Origin: a virus
Virus record (IMG/VR): IMGVR_UViG_3300024346_008124
Location: 15,098-79,097 of that record
DNA: 64,000 bases
Reading direction: 5' to 3' (one strand)
Shown here: in pieces, positions 30,701 through 42,600 of the stretch
Layout: each line of letters begins with the position of its first letter
Position numbering within the stretch: the stretch's first letter is position 1
Made by a program: the position numbers and the translations under genes
The notes under the pieces: model-generated
Database searches by the model: none
What the model was told of the DNA's origin: nothing
What the model saw: the letters and a program-made list of their open reading frames with translations, nothing else

Positions 30701-32029
30701 GGTAAAGCTATAATTTTCAAAATGCCCCAGAGCATTATAAACATTGTTAACTTCTGTTGTTATATTGGGGTTTACGCTAGAGGGTCTAAACCTATTGTAT
30801 TTTTCTCCAAAGTCAAAATTATATTCTGTGCCTTCAAAACTATCCATTATAACATGAACGCCGTCTAACAATTTAGCGGGAGACTCTAGCAGCACCTTGT
30901 AGGTCTTCCCTCCCGTGGTGTTTGAATAAGTCCACCTAGTGAAGATTCCTCCGAAATAAAATCCGGCATACTGAAAAAAGCAAGCAGTCCCCACCGGAGG
31001 CGGTTTCCAAGTAAGATCATTATTAGGATCTTCCACTAAAACCAAATCGCAAGTACTACTATTTCCACCCCACCCCACAGAAGAACTAACGCTTTGAACA
31101 GAGCATCCAAACATTTCAGGAGCTTTAAGTGGACCGCTAATCCTTTCATGCACAGGATAAACAACGATTTTGACAAGTGTTTCTGGATTCCAGTTATTTA
31201 TATCGTCAGGAACGAAAGTAATGGTAACATTTTCTGATTTTTTAAGCTCTGTGCCTTCCGGGGGATTAAATTGAAAAGAACCCACTATCTCCTGACCTCC
31301 GTTCTTCGCTTTAACCCCAACTCCCCCCGTAGCCTCGTCAAAATCTAATTTTTGAGGAAACTCTTCAAAACGTCCTTTTGGAAGAAGTATTTTTTCGTAA
31401 AGACCGTTTTTAAAAATAGGACATTCAATTACAGCATCGCCCTTTAAGACTTTAAATTCGACCTCTAGTAGAACTTCTTCTTGCGTTATATTTCCGTCTG
31501 CATCTCTCACTTCGGAAAGGGGAAGACTTTTATAGTTATCTTCATCACTGGGAGTAAAAGTAGCCGTGACCTTTTGAGAAACGTCTGCCGCATTTAATTC
31601 CGTATCTAAAGCGGGCGTATAAACAAAAGTTCCCTCAGTGCTGGCTATTGCGTTAAGCTGTTCAGTAGACAGTGTCGGACCATCCCCCTCGCTATCCAAT
31701 CCATAAGTTATATCGGGGGGATTGTTCCAAACTACTAGGGGCGTAGCTTTTTCTACAGTCAAAGAAGCTGTCCCGGCTATATCAGATCCCAAAGCGCTAT
31801 CTTCTGGGTCAAACGTAGCAGTTAAAGTATAGCTTCCAGCGCCTAGCTTTAACCCAGTCGTCAGGCTGCCACTAGCCGTGCCAGAGTATGTATAAACATA
31901 TGTTCCGTCAGGAGAATAATCGTCACCATCAGCATCTTGATATATAGCGCGAGCAGAAAATATTGACTCCTCAATAGTTTCTCCATAGACTATGATACCG
32001 ACATTTGATTCCCATTTTATTTCAGGCAC
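27770..32029 (-). CDS. putative tail tip/baseplate hub protein with N-terminal Ig-like repeats
   Basis: Follows the putative distal tail protein; MFGCSVQSVSSSVGWGGNSSTCDLVLVED hub-like start of the core; N-terminal KATPLVVW..P.DITYG...QLNA.AS..GTFVYTP repeats. Confidence 0.6.
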   Translation of the reverse strand: MPEIKWESNVGIIVYGETIEESIFSARAIYQDADGDDYSPDGTYVYTYSGTASGSLTTGLKLGAGSYTLTATFDPEDSALGSDIAGTASLTVEKATPLVVWNNPPDITYGLDSEGDGPTLSTEQLNAIASTEGTFVYTPALDTELNAADVSQKVTATFTPSDEDNYKSLPLSEVRDADGNITQEEVLLEVEFKVLKGDAVIECPIFKNGLYEKILLPKGRFEEFPQKLDFDEATGGVGVKAKNGGQEIVGSFQFNPPEGTELKKSENVTITFVPDDINNWNPETLVKIVVYPVHERISGPLKAPEMFGCSVQSVSSSVGWGGNSSTCDLVLVEDPNNDLTWKPPPVGTACFFQYAGFYFGGIFTRWTYSNTTGGKTYKVLLESPAKLLDGVHVIMDSFEGTEYNFDFGEKYNRFRPSSVNPNITTEVNNVYNALGHFENYSFTREDGVRGNFGGSDSNSVGFPANKLLRTLEKLSCPDENEGASFAHKCAFGPQEYYKIDLSEISAIAPEYYRFSGVSQSINSLISDVGDLVQHDYFITVVAKDPETIVDEDGNPVQGGFELIDPIIKVKSIDKGQPPTGGVVRSLVESFKSGGVLMSSSIGEELTDDTTQKIVLGGPASRLVTRRTDTNSYPIWAKKQDSKYMFDFQMNPTGLSYLDDNKIPVWVDPFSYFSSYEATVFELRMATGGRDSWQTFKVFESVANGKYEDDPWCVDIDIDEGTLRALAAGNRGAMSLASTSLTTAKKGYDTDFANSYAREAKDYTEKIWAAVQNVASSFYGKMFALRMPEEPGGIDNNLRFITEDQKYETSWEALDSSFDPANRFSDVAFFDSSGRTKTYVEWSYSGNRDFSVLGSQYAGYTGNMFTQNFDRLDNIGQGVASAGCSIEKSAYFFNFGAGDKPFVVMNAGQQIKEYDDITTPDFGLTVLAKRFFDIDIPPENYIGPGKPNTQIAIPPKVVPPFSFGVSQQSNRYVWGPWRGGSLAGKSEVISEESLVPETFGSVAGMNEAGESLAQVGTAALAASETGYVELAEFPAYNIAERFAGGGPYVTDMSFTIDTSGFKTTYKFNTWTPQFGKLAKYNVDRISRINKASLELAKRERDKITKRPFLPIKQESRMEQLAKRQNRPNMGFSLAQIFPPGGNFAGTSEVSSINISDAAAQAANNPEKFNRMAGNSEDAKMVPVETRKNKDSENEEMSSLEKVEVTDEPVGGVLPSGEEADPVFSTAVHGDDGSEMMNNNHDSAIVSAIDDDPTSDLNPEKMEESERKSVNRVRYMAYKLPMTGQGWGWDIAYNPVPNIDGDLRSHDPNFQTNPKLMKSGPIRFLWDKERKVWSGGPEILCGTLATDITAAPSVLSPSNFTVNVLRKTGEEKGEGALEDLGEIITCYNRDVNLTATAGANVFIVVARLNYEWTPLWVSCTE

Positions 32030-33642
32030 TATACATCTCCATTAAATTCCCAAGTTTCTGATTTATTGTACGATCTTGTCTGCGGGTTCCAAGACTCTGT
32101 AGAAGAAGTTAGGAAAGCATTTCCAATAGGTCTATAGGGGGCTATAGCCACTGAGCCATCCGGTTTACCCAACCCTCTTTCCATAACTGCATCAACAGTA
32201 ATTGTTCTATTACTAACTTGCGTAGTTCCTATATCTTGAATTATTGGGCCAGCCGCTCTTCCTATGACCTGTAGAGAAGCTATTAATTTTTGCTCGCCCC
32301 TGTCGTTGCCGTAGTTTATCGAGACCCCTTCTGTGACGGCACCCGGAATTTTAGGCAGGTCGAAGTCATTAAAAGACACGCTATATGTTATAGTGCCTGA
32401 AACCTTATTATGACCTATACTTTCGCTAAGTTTACGGCTTGTATTAAGATTAAATTTCCCTCCAGAATCTTTATAAACTTCATCAGCTAAATTCGGCAAT
32501 AACATCCTAACTGCATTAAAGCCTGACGCAGCACCCGCATACTTATCTATTTTTGTGTTAGAAGATTCTAGAGTATTTAACCCTTGAAACGTAGCGCTTA
32601 CCGAAACAGTCGCACCCTGTCCATCGGGAGTATTTTCAAAATTAAAATCTAAGCTGTGAGTAGACCTAAATTCATCTTGAGACAACACCCAAGTGTCTGT
32701 TACGCTATAGCTCCCCACATTCTGATCAGAAGAAACGGACCTAACATGATTATACCCTCTGTATTTTATATCTCCGCTCTTCAAATTAAAACCAAGCTCA
32801 TCCGGCTTTCCGGGCATATTCATTTCTATAGGAAGAAACTTACTACTAAAGAAAGTTTCATCACCCATTAAATCTTCTGCTATTTCCACTCTAGGATCTA
32901 CGGCAAGATCAAGCCTACTCTTGACCCATAAAACAGCCTGCCTAAAAGCCTCGCCGTCTGTGGCGATAGATCCAGATTGATACTTCTTTAAACCCGTAGC
33001 AGAAACAGTGTGGCTAAGAGTGTATGTTTTATGAAGATTGTCATTTGTGGAATTGGGGCTATCCGCCTTATAAAAAAATCCGTCTGCCTCGGCAAGTTCC
33101 CAACTTTCATCCACAGAAGATAATTTATAGCTAGGCTTAACTGGTCTACCTGTAGAGCCGGTATTAGTATTATTAGAATCATCTTCATAAGCCTCAAAAA
33201 CAAACGAATATTCTAGAGTTTGAACACCAGCACTTTCTTCACTTTGCTCCGGTAAGTCAACGCTCATAAGTTTAGCGTCATCAAAAACCATAACGTTAGA
33301 AAGACCGCCATAAGGACTTATTTCAAGTTTACCAGTACCCTGATTAGGAAAACTCTCTCTTAATAGCTGCATAGAAGTTAAAGCTTCGCCCATCACACGG
33401 CTTTGCCTTTGACCTTTTACAGTTATATCCTGAGCGCTATCTGTAGACTGTATAATAGCCGTTCCCGTTACACTTATAGAGAATTTAGTACCCATATATG
33501 TGCCGTCACCAGTAGAAAGATTTTCCCTAGCGATAGAATACCTAGGCATTGGACCTATAAGGCCACCCGCACCTGCTGGCATCCCAGAAACGCCACCGAT
33601 AACAATCTCTCTTGAATCTTGATTAGATGTATAAAGTATCAT
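32029..33642 (-). CDS. putative distal tail/baseplate protein
   Basis: Beta-rich alternating pattern with repeated (D/E)SW.L/ETW strands; position downstream of the TMP region. Confidence 0.5.
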   Translation of the reverse strand: MILYTSNQDSREIVIGGVSGMPAGAGGLIGPMPRYSIARENLSTGDGTYMGTKFSISVTGTAIIQSTDSAQDITVKGQRQSRVMGEALTSMQLLRESFPNQGTGKLEISPYGGLSNVMVFDDAKLMSVDLPEQSEESAGVQTLEYSFVFEAYEDDSNNTNTGSTGRPVKPSYKLSSVDESWELAEADGFFYKADSPNSTNDNLHKTYTLSHTVSATGLKKYQSGSIATDGEAFRQAVLWVKSRLDLAVDPRVEIAEDLMGDETFFSSKFLPIEMNMPGKPDELGFNLKSGDIKYRGYNHVRSVSSDQNVGSYSVTDTWVLSQDEFRSTHSLDFNFENTPDGQGATVSVSATFQGLNTLESSNTKIDKYAGAASGFNAVRMLLPNLADEVYKDSGGKFNLNTSRKLSESIGHNKVSGTITYSVSFNDFDLPKIPGAVTEGVSINYGNDRGEQKLIASLQVIGRAAGPIIQDIGTTQVSNRTITVDAVMERGLGKPDGSVAIAPYRPIGNAFLTSSTESWNPQTRSYNKSETWEFNGDV

Positions 33643-36600
33643 TCCGAAAATCCTCTTGTAAAGATATTTAAATTATTACTTTCTGGGGTCTTTGTTACAA
33701 GGTTCATCCCGCTATTATGAATATTAGCACCGTCAACATAAAGATCTTGAACCCCAGAAGATATTCTGCTATCTATGAATAAGCTAGCAGCGTTTGCAAC
33801 CGGCCTCTGTATAAATATAGGAACTACACCACTTTGTATAGTATTACTAGAGATGGTTAGAGAAACTTCTTGATTAACCTTAGTAAACACATTCCCTGTA
33901 TTATTCCCATTCATCACCATAGTTATAGAGCCACTCTCTATAAACGACCCATTATCGCTAACGACAGGAACAAGGGTTTTAACTACCATAGAAACAGCGT
34001 TGACTCCACTGGCGCTATCTGGAGCATTTAGATAAAAGCCTACATCGCTAGCAAAGGTGTTCTCAAACATGCCGGATATAGATAAAGACGCCTCGTTCTG
34101 ATACAATAAAGATCCGGGCGTATAGTTAGACCCTTCCGGTATTGTCTGTAGGAATAGGGGCGATAGGCTATCCGAGTTAATCTCTTTACCAACAAACAAA
34201 GTGGTATTATTTATATCTGAAACATTTATAGAACCTTGAACAAAAGTTGAAACATTTCCGATATTAGATGCGGCGCTAGGTATAGTTATCAGTGATGCAT
34301 TATTGTTAAGCTCTCGATTCCTAACAAACAGATTAGCCTGACCATCAAAATTACTAACGATACCGTCAATATTGAGAGTAAAATAAGGATTGTCAACCGT
34401 TTCTGTACTTAAACTCATGGTTTTAAAGAAAGATAAATTATTGACAAACAACGGAGACAGCCCGCTGTTAGGAACTCTTGGAGAAAGCATGGTAAGCGGA
34501 GCTAAACCGCTTGGCCCAAAGCCTAAATTATAAAGCGAAGTAGAGCCACTACTAGAAAACGGACCCTTTATAAACAAAGTCCCATTAGGAGATCTATCCA
34601 AGTTGACAACTGAAATCTTCTGCACCCTTATGGACTTATTAGCAACGTCAGAAGCAGATCCTGAATTTAGCTTTAAGGAAAACTCTCTAACAACCAAAAG
34701 CTTGTCTTGTGATCTAGCCTTGAATTTTTTTATAGAAACTATTCTAGACCAGCGATAAATATTATCTTCAGAAAAACCGCTTAATCCACCAGCATCGTAA
34801 GGGTTTATTTCAGACTTAATAGAGCTAGGGACAAAACTCAAAATACCATCAGAATTTTCATAACTAAGACCAAACACAGAATTATTTCTAAGATTATAAA
34901 TAGTACTGTCGTTTTGATATTTACTAAATCCTAAGTCTATATCCTGAGATAGTGTAGCATCAGACCAAGACAAAACATCTTCTTTTCCTAGTATCACAAC
35001 ATTAGAACCAAAACTGTCGCCAGAAGATATATTAGACCCGTCAGGAAGCGATACATCGGAAGCAGAATAACTCTTAACCAAACTAGGAGTGGAAGATATA
35101 TCAAACGAATACACTTTGCCCGCATTAACAATCTCCGCTCCGTCTCCTCCCGGCTCAGAAACAACCAGAACACCTTCACTGTAATCAAAATCATAACCGA
35201 AGAGAGCAGACTGCCCAGTGGAAAGTTGACCACCCCTGTATGAAGACAGATTGGAAAGAATGTTATCAGACGTAAAGCCCTTTGAGTATACAGCGCCATG
35301 ATAAGCCCAAGACTGGCTTGCAGCAGACCTCTTGTATATATATACAGCGCCCATAGCATTAGGCGTATGAGAATCTTCTAAAGTATTAAACATGTATGGG
35401 TCAAATAACGTTGCGCCAACAAGCATAATCTTATTACTTGTATTATGCTCATCAAAGATCTTTACAGGATAACCAAATCCTGTTTTTCTCTGTTCTTGAA
35501 CCACATAAGCGGCATTAGTAGCATAATATGAGGAATCTGAAAGATCAGAAAACTTAACAACTCTCTCAGAAGTAGAGTAATCATCGCTAGCTAAAGATCT
35601 CCATACCTCACCACCAGAACCTTGAGAAATGCCCCTTCTGTCAAAGTAAAGATCCTGATAATCAAAAGCCACATTATAACCAGAGTTTTGCTTGTCTGTA
35701 TCTTCTCCCGTTTCCTGAAAAATTAAGAAGCTATAGTCTTTACTACTGCTAAACCCGGTTTCAAGGTCTTGATATCCGGTAATTCTAAAAATAGTTATTA
35801 CATTGAAAGTGGTAGAATAAACGGTTAGATCTTTTCTGTAGTCAACCCTAATCCTGAAAGATATGGCGCATTTATTGTTTAAAGACAATTTAAGATCGTT
35901 TACAGAGATTTGACTATTTTCTAATACAATATCAGACTTAGCAAACTCTTTGTCGTGAATGCTTTTTACTTGCTCGTAAAGATCGTTCCTTAATTCATAA
36001 AATGCATCTAATACACCACCGGTGGGTTCATTGGCTTGGGCAGCAGAGTCCGCAGGATAAAATCTTATAATTCCATTTTTATTTTTTTCTCCCTGTTGGC
36101 TAACGCTTCCGTCTTCATTGACGGTATACATATCCAACTGAATACTTTTACCAATTATACAAGCCTTTGCCAAGTAATCATCATTTAAATCATAGGCTTC
36201 ATTTTTAATAGTAGAGTTGCCCGCTCCTACCGCGTCCTGCCTGTTGTTATCTTCGTAAAATGGCTTGATTAAATTTTGCCCACCCAAGGTAGAGTTTACC
36301 AAAGCCGGATCTCTAGACTCTAACCCATCTACAATCACAGGAGATCTAAGGGCGGCAGACATAAACCAAAGACCGTCTTTAGAGGAACGATCATACCGCA
36401 TTCTGTTTTTAGTATAAAGACCTTGATTGATAGGGTTGCACACTACGGAGTTTGATTCATATGTTCTACCAGATAAAGTTTTTGATATAACATCCTCTTT
36501 ACCTTCTCCAAAAATACCACCCCTGTCAAACAACTCACTAGAAAGTGAAGCTGCAACCGTAGTATTCGTGTCTCTATTAGAATTAGCAGTATCTAATAAC

Positions 36601-39600
36601 CCTTCATTGTAAAGAGTCGCTTGACCCGAAGCGAATTGCTGCGACTTTATGAAAAGATCAGAAAAATTTTCATGTACATCAAATTGATCGCCAGTAAACA
36701 AGTTAAACCCTTGAACTCCAGAAGCTTTAGAAGCTATGCTTAGGTTCATAACGCCAGTTGCTTCAGGATGTTTTACAATAAACAGCGGCATTGCACCACT
36801 ATTTATAGGATTCATGGTCAAAGTTGTAAATTTATTCTCTGGAACAGAAGCTACCGTATAAAGATTGGAGAAACCATCATCAAAGAACATACCAGACGAA
36901 CTTAGAGTAGCGCCCTTACTAATGTTTGCGTGAGACTGAATGTTTAATGGGATCGTTCCTGTATTTAAAATAGGACCAACCGTAAACAAGTTGCCAGAAG
37001 CCGTAACGGGAGGGGCGATGGTCAGAGTGATATCGCCAGTTACATCTGGAGCGTCAGTAAACAGAGTGGCAACCGCAGAGGGAGCGATTTCAAAAGTAAA
37101 AAGCGACATATCCTTGTTATCTAACAAAGCCCTCAAGAAAAGATCCTTGCCTCTTTTGAACCCATGCACACCCGTCCAAAGTGACGCAGCATTATTAAGC
37201 TCAGTAAAACCCGTCACCACAAGATCTACATCGCCATTATCAATCTCATGAACCTTTGGAATAGCAAGGTCAATATAGCCTTTTTCTGTAGGATTAGAAT
37301 TTATAAAAAGACTTAAATATTCTGGAGACTGAAAATCAAATCCACCAAACAAAGTATTTGAATCATAAAAACTTTCTCCTATCACATAACCAGTAGGAGG
37401 GCTTACGTATTCTAAGTTACCAGTGTCAGAATCTAAATATATATTTGAGCTTGTACCTCTGTAAGAATTAAACACACTCTCAGTATTCACAACCTGTAAA
37501 GACTTAGAAAATGAACCATCTTTAACGCTAGAAGAATCTGAAGAAGCAAAAGATTCACCAATAGCAATTATAGGGTTAAACTTTTTAAGACTCGTACTTC
37601 CAAATCTTTTGTCGTTAAACCCATAAGCAAGTTCTTTACCTTCAAATCTATCCCTGTTAGCTTCTGGCACAGGAACTAATTTATTAGCGCCAAACTGAGA
37701 ATAAATTTTAACCTCGCCACCATCTACATATACTTCTCTAACACTGTCTCTTTCTTCTTCGTCGTATCTGAAAACGGCTATCTTGTGGAAAGCGTTTCTA
37801 TATCTTCTGCTAACAAGTCTTTTCTTAGAAATTGAAGCATCTAAATTTCTAACCTTAGCCCTAAGCTCATAATTGAGTTGATTTAACCCCAGATCTGTAT
37901 ACTCTACCTCTGCACCATTCGCCGTTTCTTTATAAAAGTTTACATCAAAAGCATATGGGTATCTGGCATCTGGAAAGTTTCTTCCATTTGCATCTGCCGC
38001 ATGTATATATCTAATTGGCCCAACATCAAAATTTAAAGAAGGCTCTTCATGTTGAGTTTGACCCGTAGTAATATCAAAACTTTCAACGTTTGTCAATACA
38101 AACCCTACTGCCAAAGTGTAAGTTATATTTTCAGCACCTTCGTAAATATTAGCCGTATCATTAAAGCTTCCAGCTACAGTAGTGGGCCTGTCATTTGCGG
38201 CATCTTTTACCAAGCCACCCTTTATTACAAAATCCCTAATATCTTGAGCAGATAATGTAACAGAGTATCCAGTTGAGTTAGCTTCCGGTAAGAATATTTT
38301 AGCGTATGGCAAAACGTGTTTTCTTTCTTGCGCAGAAAGATGCTGATATACATCAGGAGCTATCCAAGCGGGATCACCAGCATCACCGCCGCCTCTTGAT
38401 CCAGCGGTAAGATCATAATATTCTCCAAGGTTTATATTTCCACCGTAAAGATATCCAAGCGTTTGCCTTTCTGGAAACTCCATAGTTCCTGTTTTGATGA
38501 ACGAACCCGGAAGTCTACCGTAGAAAAACAAATCCTGAGCGCCACCTCTGTAATAACCGGGATACATGTCTGAATAGTATTCGTTATCTGGACCAGCGTC
38601 CCATCTCGGCCTACTCCAAAGTCCGTTTTCGTATCTAGGATAAGTTGTTGATCCGCTTCCATTTGTGGCTGGACCGTTTTCTATAACTGTAGACCTAGGG
38701 TCTTTACTATACAAAACCAATCTCGGAATTATATTGTTGGTGTCCTCACTATTTGAGTTGGTTTCAAAGGCGCTGAATATATCTTCTTCCAATATATCAA
38801 AATTAATTGTTACATCTTCAACCATATCCAAACTATCCAGAGGCAGATTAAAGAAAAGCAATGGAGTTTTATTAGTTCTAAACTCAGATACGTCCCCACC
38901 AGAATTTGCACAGTCATATTCTGTGGTGGATTGAGGAATATAGTTGTAGCTAAGTGAGGTAGTAGATTTTAACTTCTTAATAGACGTATCTTCACTAACT
39001 CCTAGATAAATAGGAACCCTAGCGCTGTATGGCTCTGAGATAGAAAGTGAATCATTTTGAGAATAATCTCTATCAAAAACCGAATACTCTAAAACATCTT
39101 TAAGTATTATCTTTTTGCCCGCTAAGTCGTACCTATTAGTAAGATCAATATCCCACGCAGAAGTTGACAACGAGTTGTTGTCGTGATTAAAACCATTCTT
39201 AATAGGTATTAAGTAAGGTAATAAATATTGTGCGCTTTTGAAATACTCAGAATAATAATCTTCCCTAGAGTCATCTATAGCTGGAAGAATTTTTTGAGAT
39301 TCCTCAAAAGTAGAAACATTTCTCAACATTTCATAAACAAAGAGTTGATCTATAAAATGTCCATCTAAACCAGAAACTCCAGCTATTAAATTACCACCTT
39401 CGTCTGTTTGACTTAACGCATTACTTACAAACAACTTATCTTGATATTTAAAATCTAAACCAAAACCTTCTCCTACGTAAGTGGCGCTAGATACAGTTTC
39501 ATCTAATTTTTCTAAATCAAACGGTTTTGATATTGACTTTGAGGGCTTGAACTTTCCATCAAAAGTAAACAAATGAATGATAGAGTTACCTTCTGCAAGA

Positions 39601-42600
39601 TTTTGCTCACTCCAAACTATATAGTCATCATTCCAAATAATTTTACTACAAGACAACTCAGAAGAAGTTATAACTTCTGCCATCCCCGTCCCGCCAGCGG
39701 TTCCGGGCATGAGCTTACTGTACTCTATTTCAAAGTCAGTTCCGGGCTTAGAGTTTTTAAATATCGCCTCGCCAGTAGCAAACCTTCCGCCCCTAGAACC
39801 GCCAGAGTTAAATGGCATGTAATCAACATTACGATAAACGTTAGAGCTATCTTTGTATAAAAAGTGAGCAGTAATTTGTCCTAGTTCGCTAGTAGTTTCT
39901 TCGACTGTTAAATTAGCGTTTGACGCAAGCACTGGCTGTTCAGCCGCATTAGTCATATCTACTTGAGATTTACTTCTTGAGGCAGAAAGAATAACTGTCT
40001 TGGGGCTTGCTGCTGGGTAGGTAGTTGGATCTAAATCGCCCAAGTCTAGAGAGATATCATTTTTTATTGCTACAGACTTACCAAAACTATCAACCCAAGG
40101 AAATACTGCCCAGTATTGAATTACAGATGGATCTCCAAACAAGTCATCGTTTGGATCTCCAAATCGGTCAATCATTTTTAAACCAGAACCTTCTCCAAAT
40201 CTTGTTAAAACACTTTCTCCAAAAAAAGAAGTAGAAGGAATGGTTTTTCTATCAGTCACTAGGTTTCTGTCTAAGACATTATTAAAATTAGAACCGCCCG
40301 CACTTTCTTGTCTAGAATATCTATTGGCTATATTTTGACCATCCCAATGAACAAGCAGGCTTCTCAACCAGTATCTAGAAGAAAGCCTCTTAGTGCCACC
40401 GGAATTTCTTGCTAAAGTTCCTAAAGTTTCATTAAAATCAGAAATATTAGCGAAGCTCACAGCTACAGAATTTCCCTCGTCACTTATACCCATAGCCGGA
40501 TCTTGATAAAATCTGTAATTACGCACTCTATACAAAGATTCAAAAGTACTCCAAGGATTATATTCTATGCCAACAGTATCATTCTTTCCGTAGTTGGATA
40601 TAGAGTTACCGCCACCAAACACAGTATCTTCATGTGCTATATCACTAATCTTACCATATTGATCTATTGTGATTGATATTAAGTGAGTTCTGCCGTATGG
40701 TAGATAGTAAGGTAGTACCTTTGGCTTAAACGTTTGTTGTAACTCTGAGCCATTCCATCGCATAGAAGGTTTTTCAAAAAGCTGCTCTTGAGGTATTTGC
40801 CCAAACAAATCCACAGAAACATCAGAGCCTCTTTCTCCTACTGCCAAGGTATAAACCTTACTAGTGCCAGAATTATGAGAAAATTTTAAATCCATACTAG
40901 AACCAAATCTCATTCCGGGGTATGGAGATCGTATGTCTTCACCCTCTTTGGAAGCGTCTGGTAAAACAAAATGAGACAAATCATCTTGACAATTGTATGG
41001 AAAAAAGTCCTGCATACCCCTTTTGGGATCGTCTATAGGTGTTGTATAGCTTTCAGAAAAAACAACAGGGATATTATCTTCTAAGTCTTTACCTAAATTA
41101 GTATTGACCCAACTTCCAAGCGGGCCGATTCCCGCGCGGGCAAATTGAGAATCACCAAGACCATCCGAGCCGTAATTGGAAAATTTTCCCATTTCTAAAT
41201 TTATAGTTTTAGAAGTCTCTTTGCCAGTATAATTATTTTTCCTAGATAGTGTACCTTCACTAGAAGCCGGGCTAGAGCTTTCAAAAAACGATTTTATTCT
41301 TTTGCTAGTAAAGAACGAGTCTTTTGGAGCTAAGAAGTTAGTAGAAAGTCTGTCGGTATGAGAATAGCCATTTCTTCCCGTAGGAGAAAACATCGTGCCA
41401 TAATAATCCCAAGACTGTCCCAGCGAACCAAAATTGTTGGATATACAGGTCCAAACAACACCATCTGTTGTTTTTAAGTTGAGTGTAGAAGTAGGCTCTC
41501 GAAAAAACTGATCATCATAAATTTCAAAGGTGTTGTCATCCACTCTTTTAATAAACTTATTACCATTTAAAGGATGTATGTCAGCAACGCCGTTTTGACC
41601 ACCATCAAATACAGCAGAGGAAATTTTAATAACATCGTTTGTGTTTAGATTATGACCCGTAGAGCTTGCAGAGTTATCAACTAAGGAAGATATTATACCC
41701 CTTTTCCTAGCGTAGATATCAACCTTTCCACACTTGCGGACTGGCTGAAACTTCATAATTTTTACTTCATGTACTTCAAGACTTTTTGATCTAACACCAT
41801 TTTCCGCTCCGTCTGTAGTGTTTTTAAAAGTCTCAAAATCATCAAAAATTCCGTCAAAGGTTTCGTTCTGCCCCCAGTTGTCTTGTATAGAAAACTGAAT
41901 ACCAACTTTTACAGATTCTTTTATTAGTCTTTTACCGTTTATAGTCCTGATATTCTCAGGTTGACCAATCACTAAATAATAGTAACCAACAATTCTATCG
42001 TTTAGAAATTTTAAATCTTGATCGCCTTCAAATTGCTCATTTATAGCACGATTGAAGCCGGTAACTTCAGGATAGCCAGCCTGCTTCCAATCTCTAAAGT
42101 TTTTTAATTTACAATTAGTGATTCTGGGACTAGGATTAGTTTGACCGATCTTTCTTACTGGATCATAAAATTCAATATCTTTAGAATTTAAATAATCCCT
42201 TTTTATTGTTTCTGTTTGCCCGCTTGAGTTTTTAGCAGTAAATTCAGCACCACCTTCTACAGCACCACCAAACATAAAGTACATATTTTTAGGTAGCTTA
42301 CTTTCTCCAGTGCCGTTTTTCGCAAGTGTTACCTTTACTATTGCGCTTGAGTATGAATCGAAATCGGAAGTAAAGTTATGTGCATCCGGCTCATCGGTAA
42401 AAGATTCCGAATCCGTACTGTAAACTTTATCAAAATCAAAATGCAGGGCTTGGGTTTCAAAACCTAAAGTTCCAACCCTTCTAATTGAGGTTATAACGGC
42501 ATCATCACCGGCCTCAGTACCACTGCCCCCGCCGCCGCTCGGTACATAACCGTTGTAAGTCTCACTACTCACATTTAGGAAACCTATAGAGCAGCCGCCG

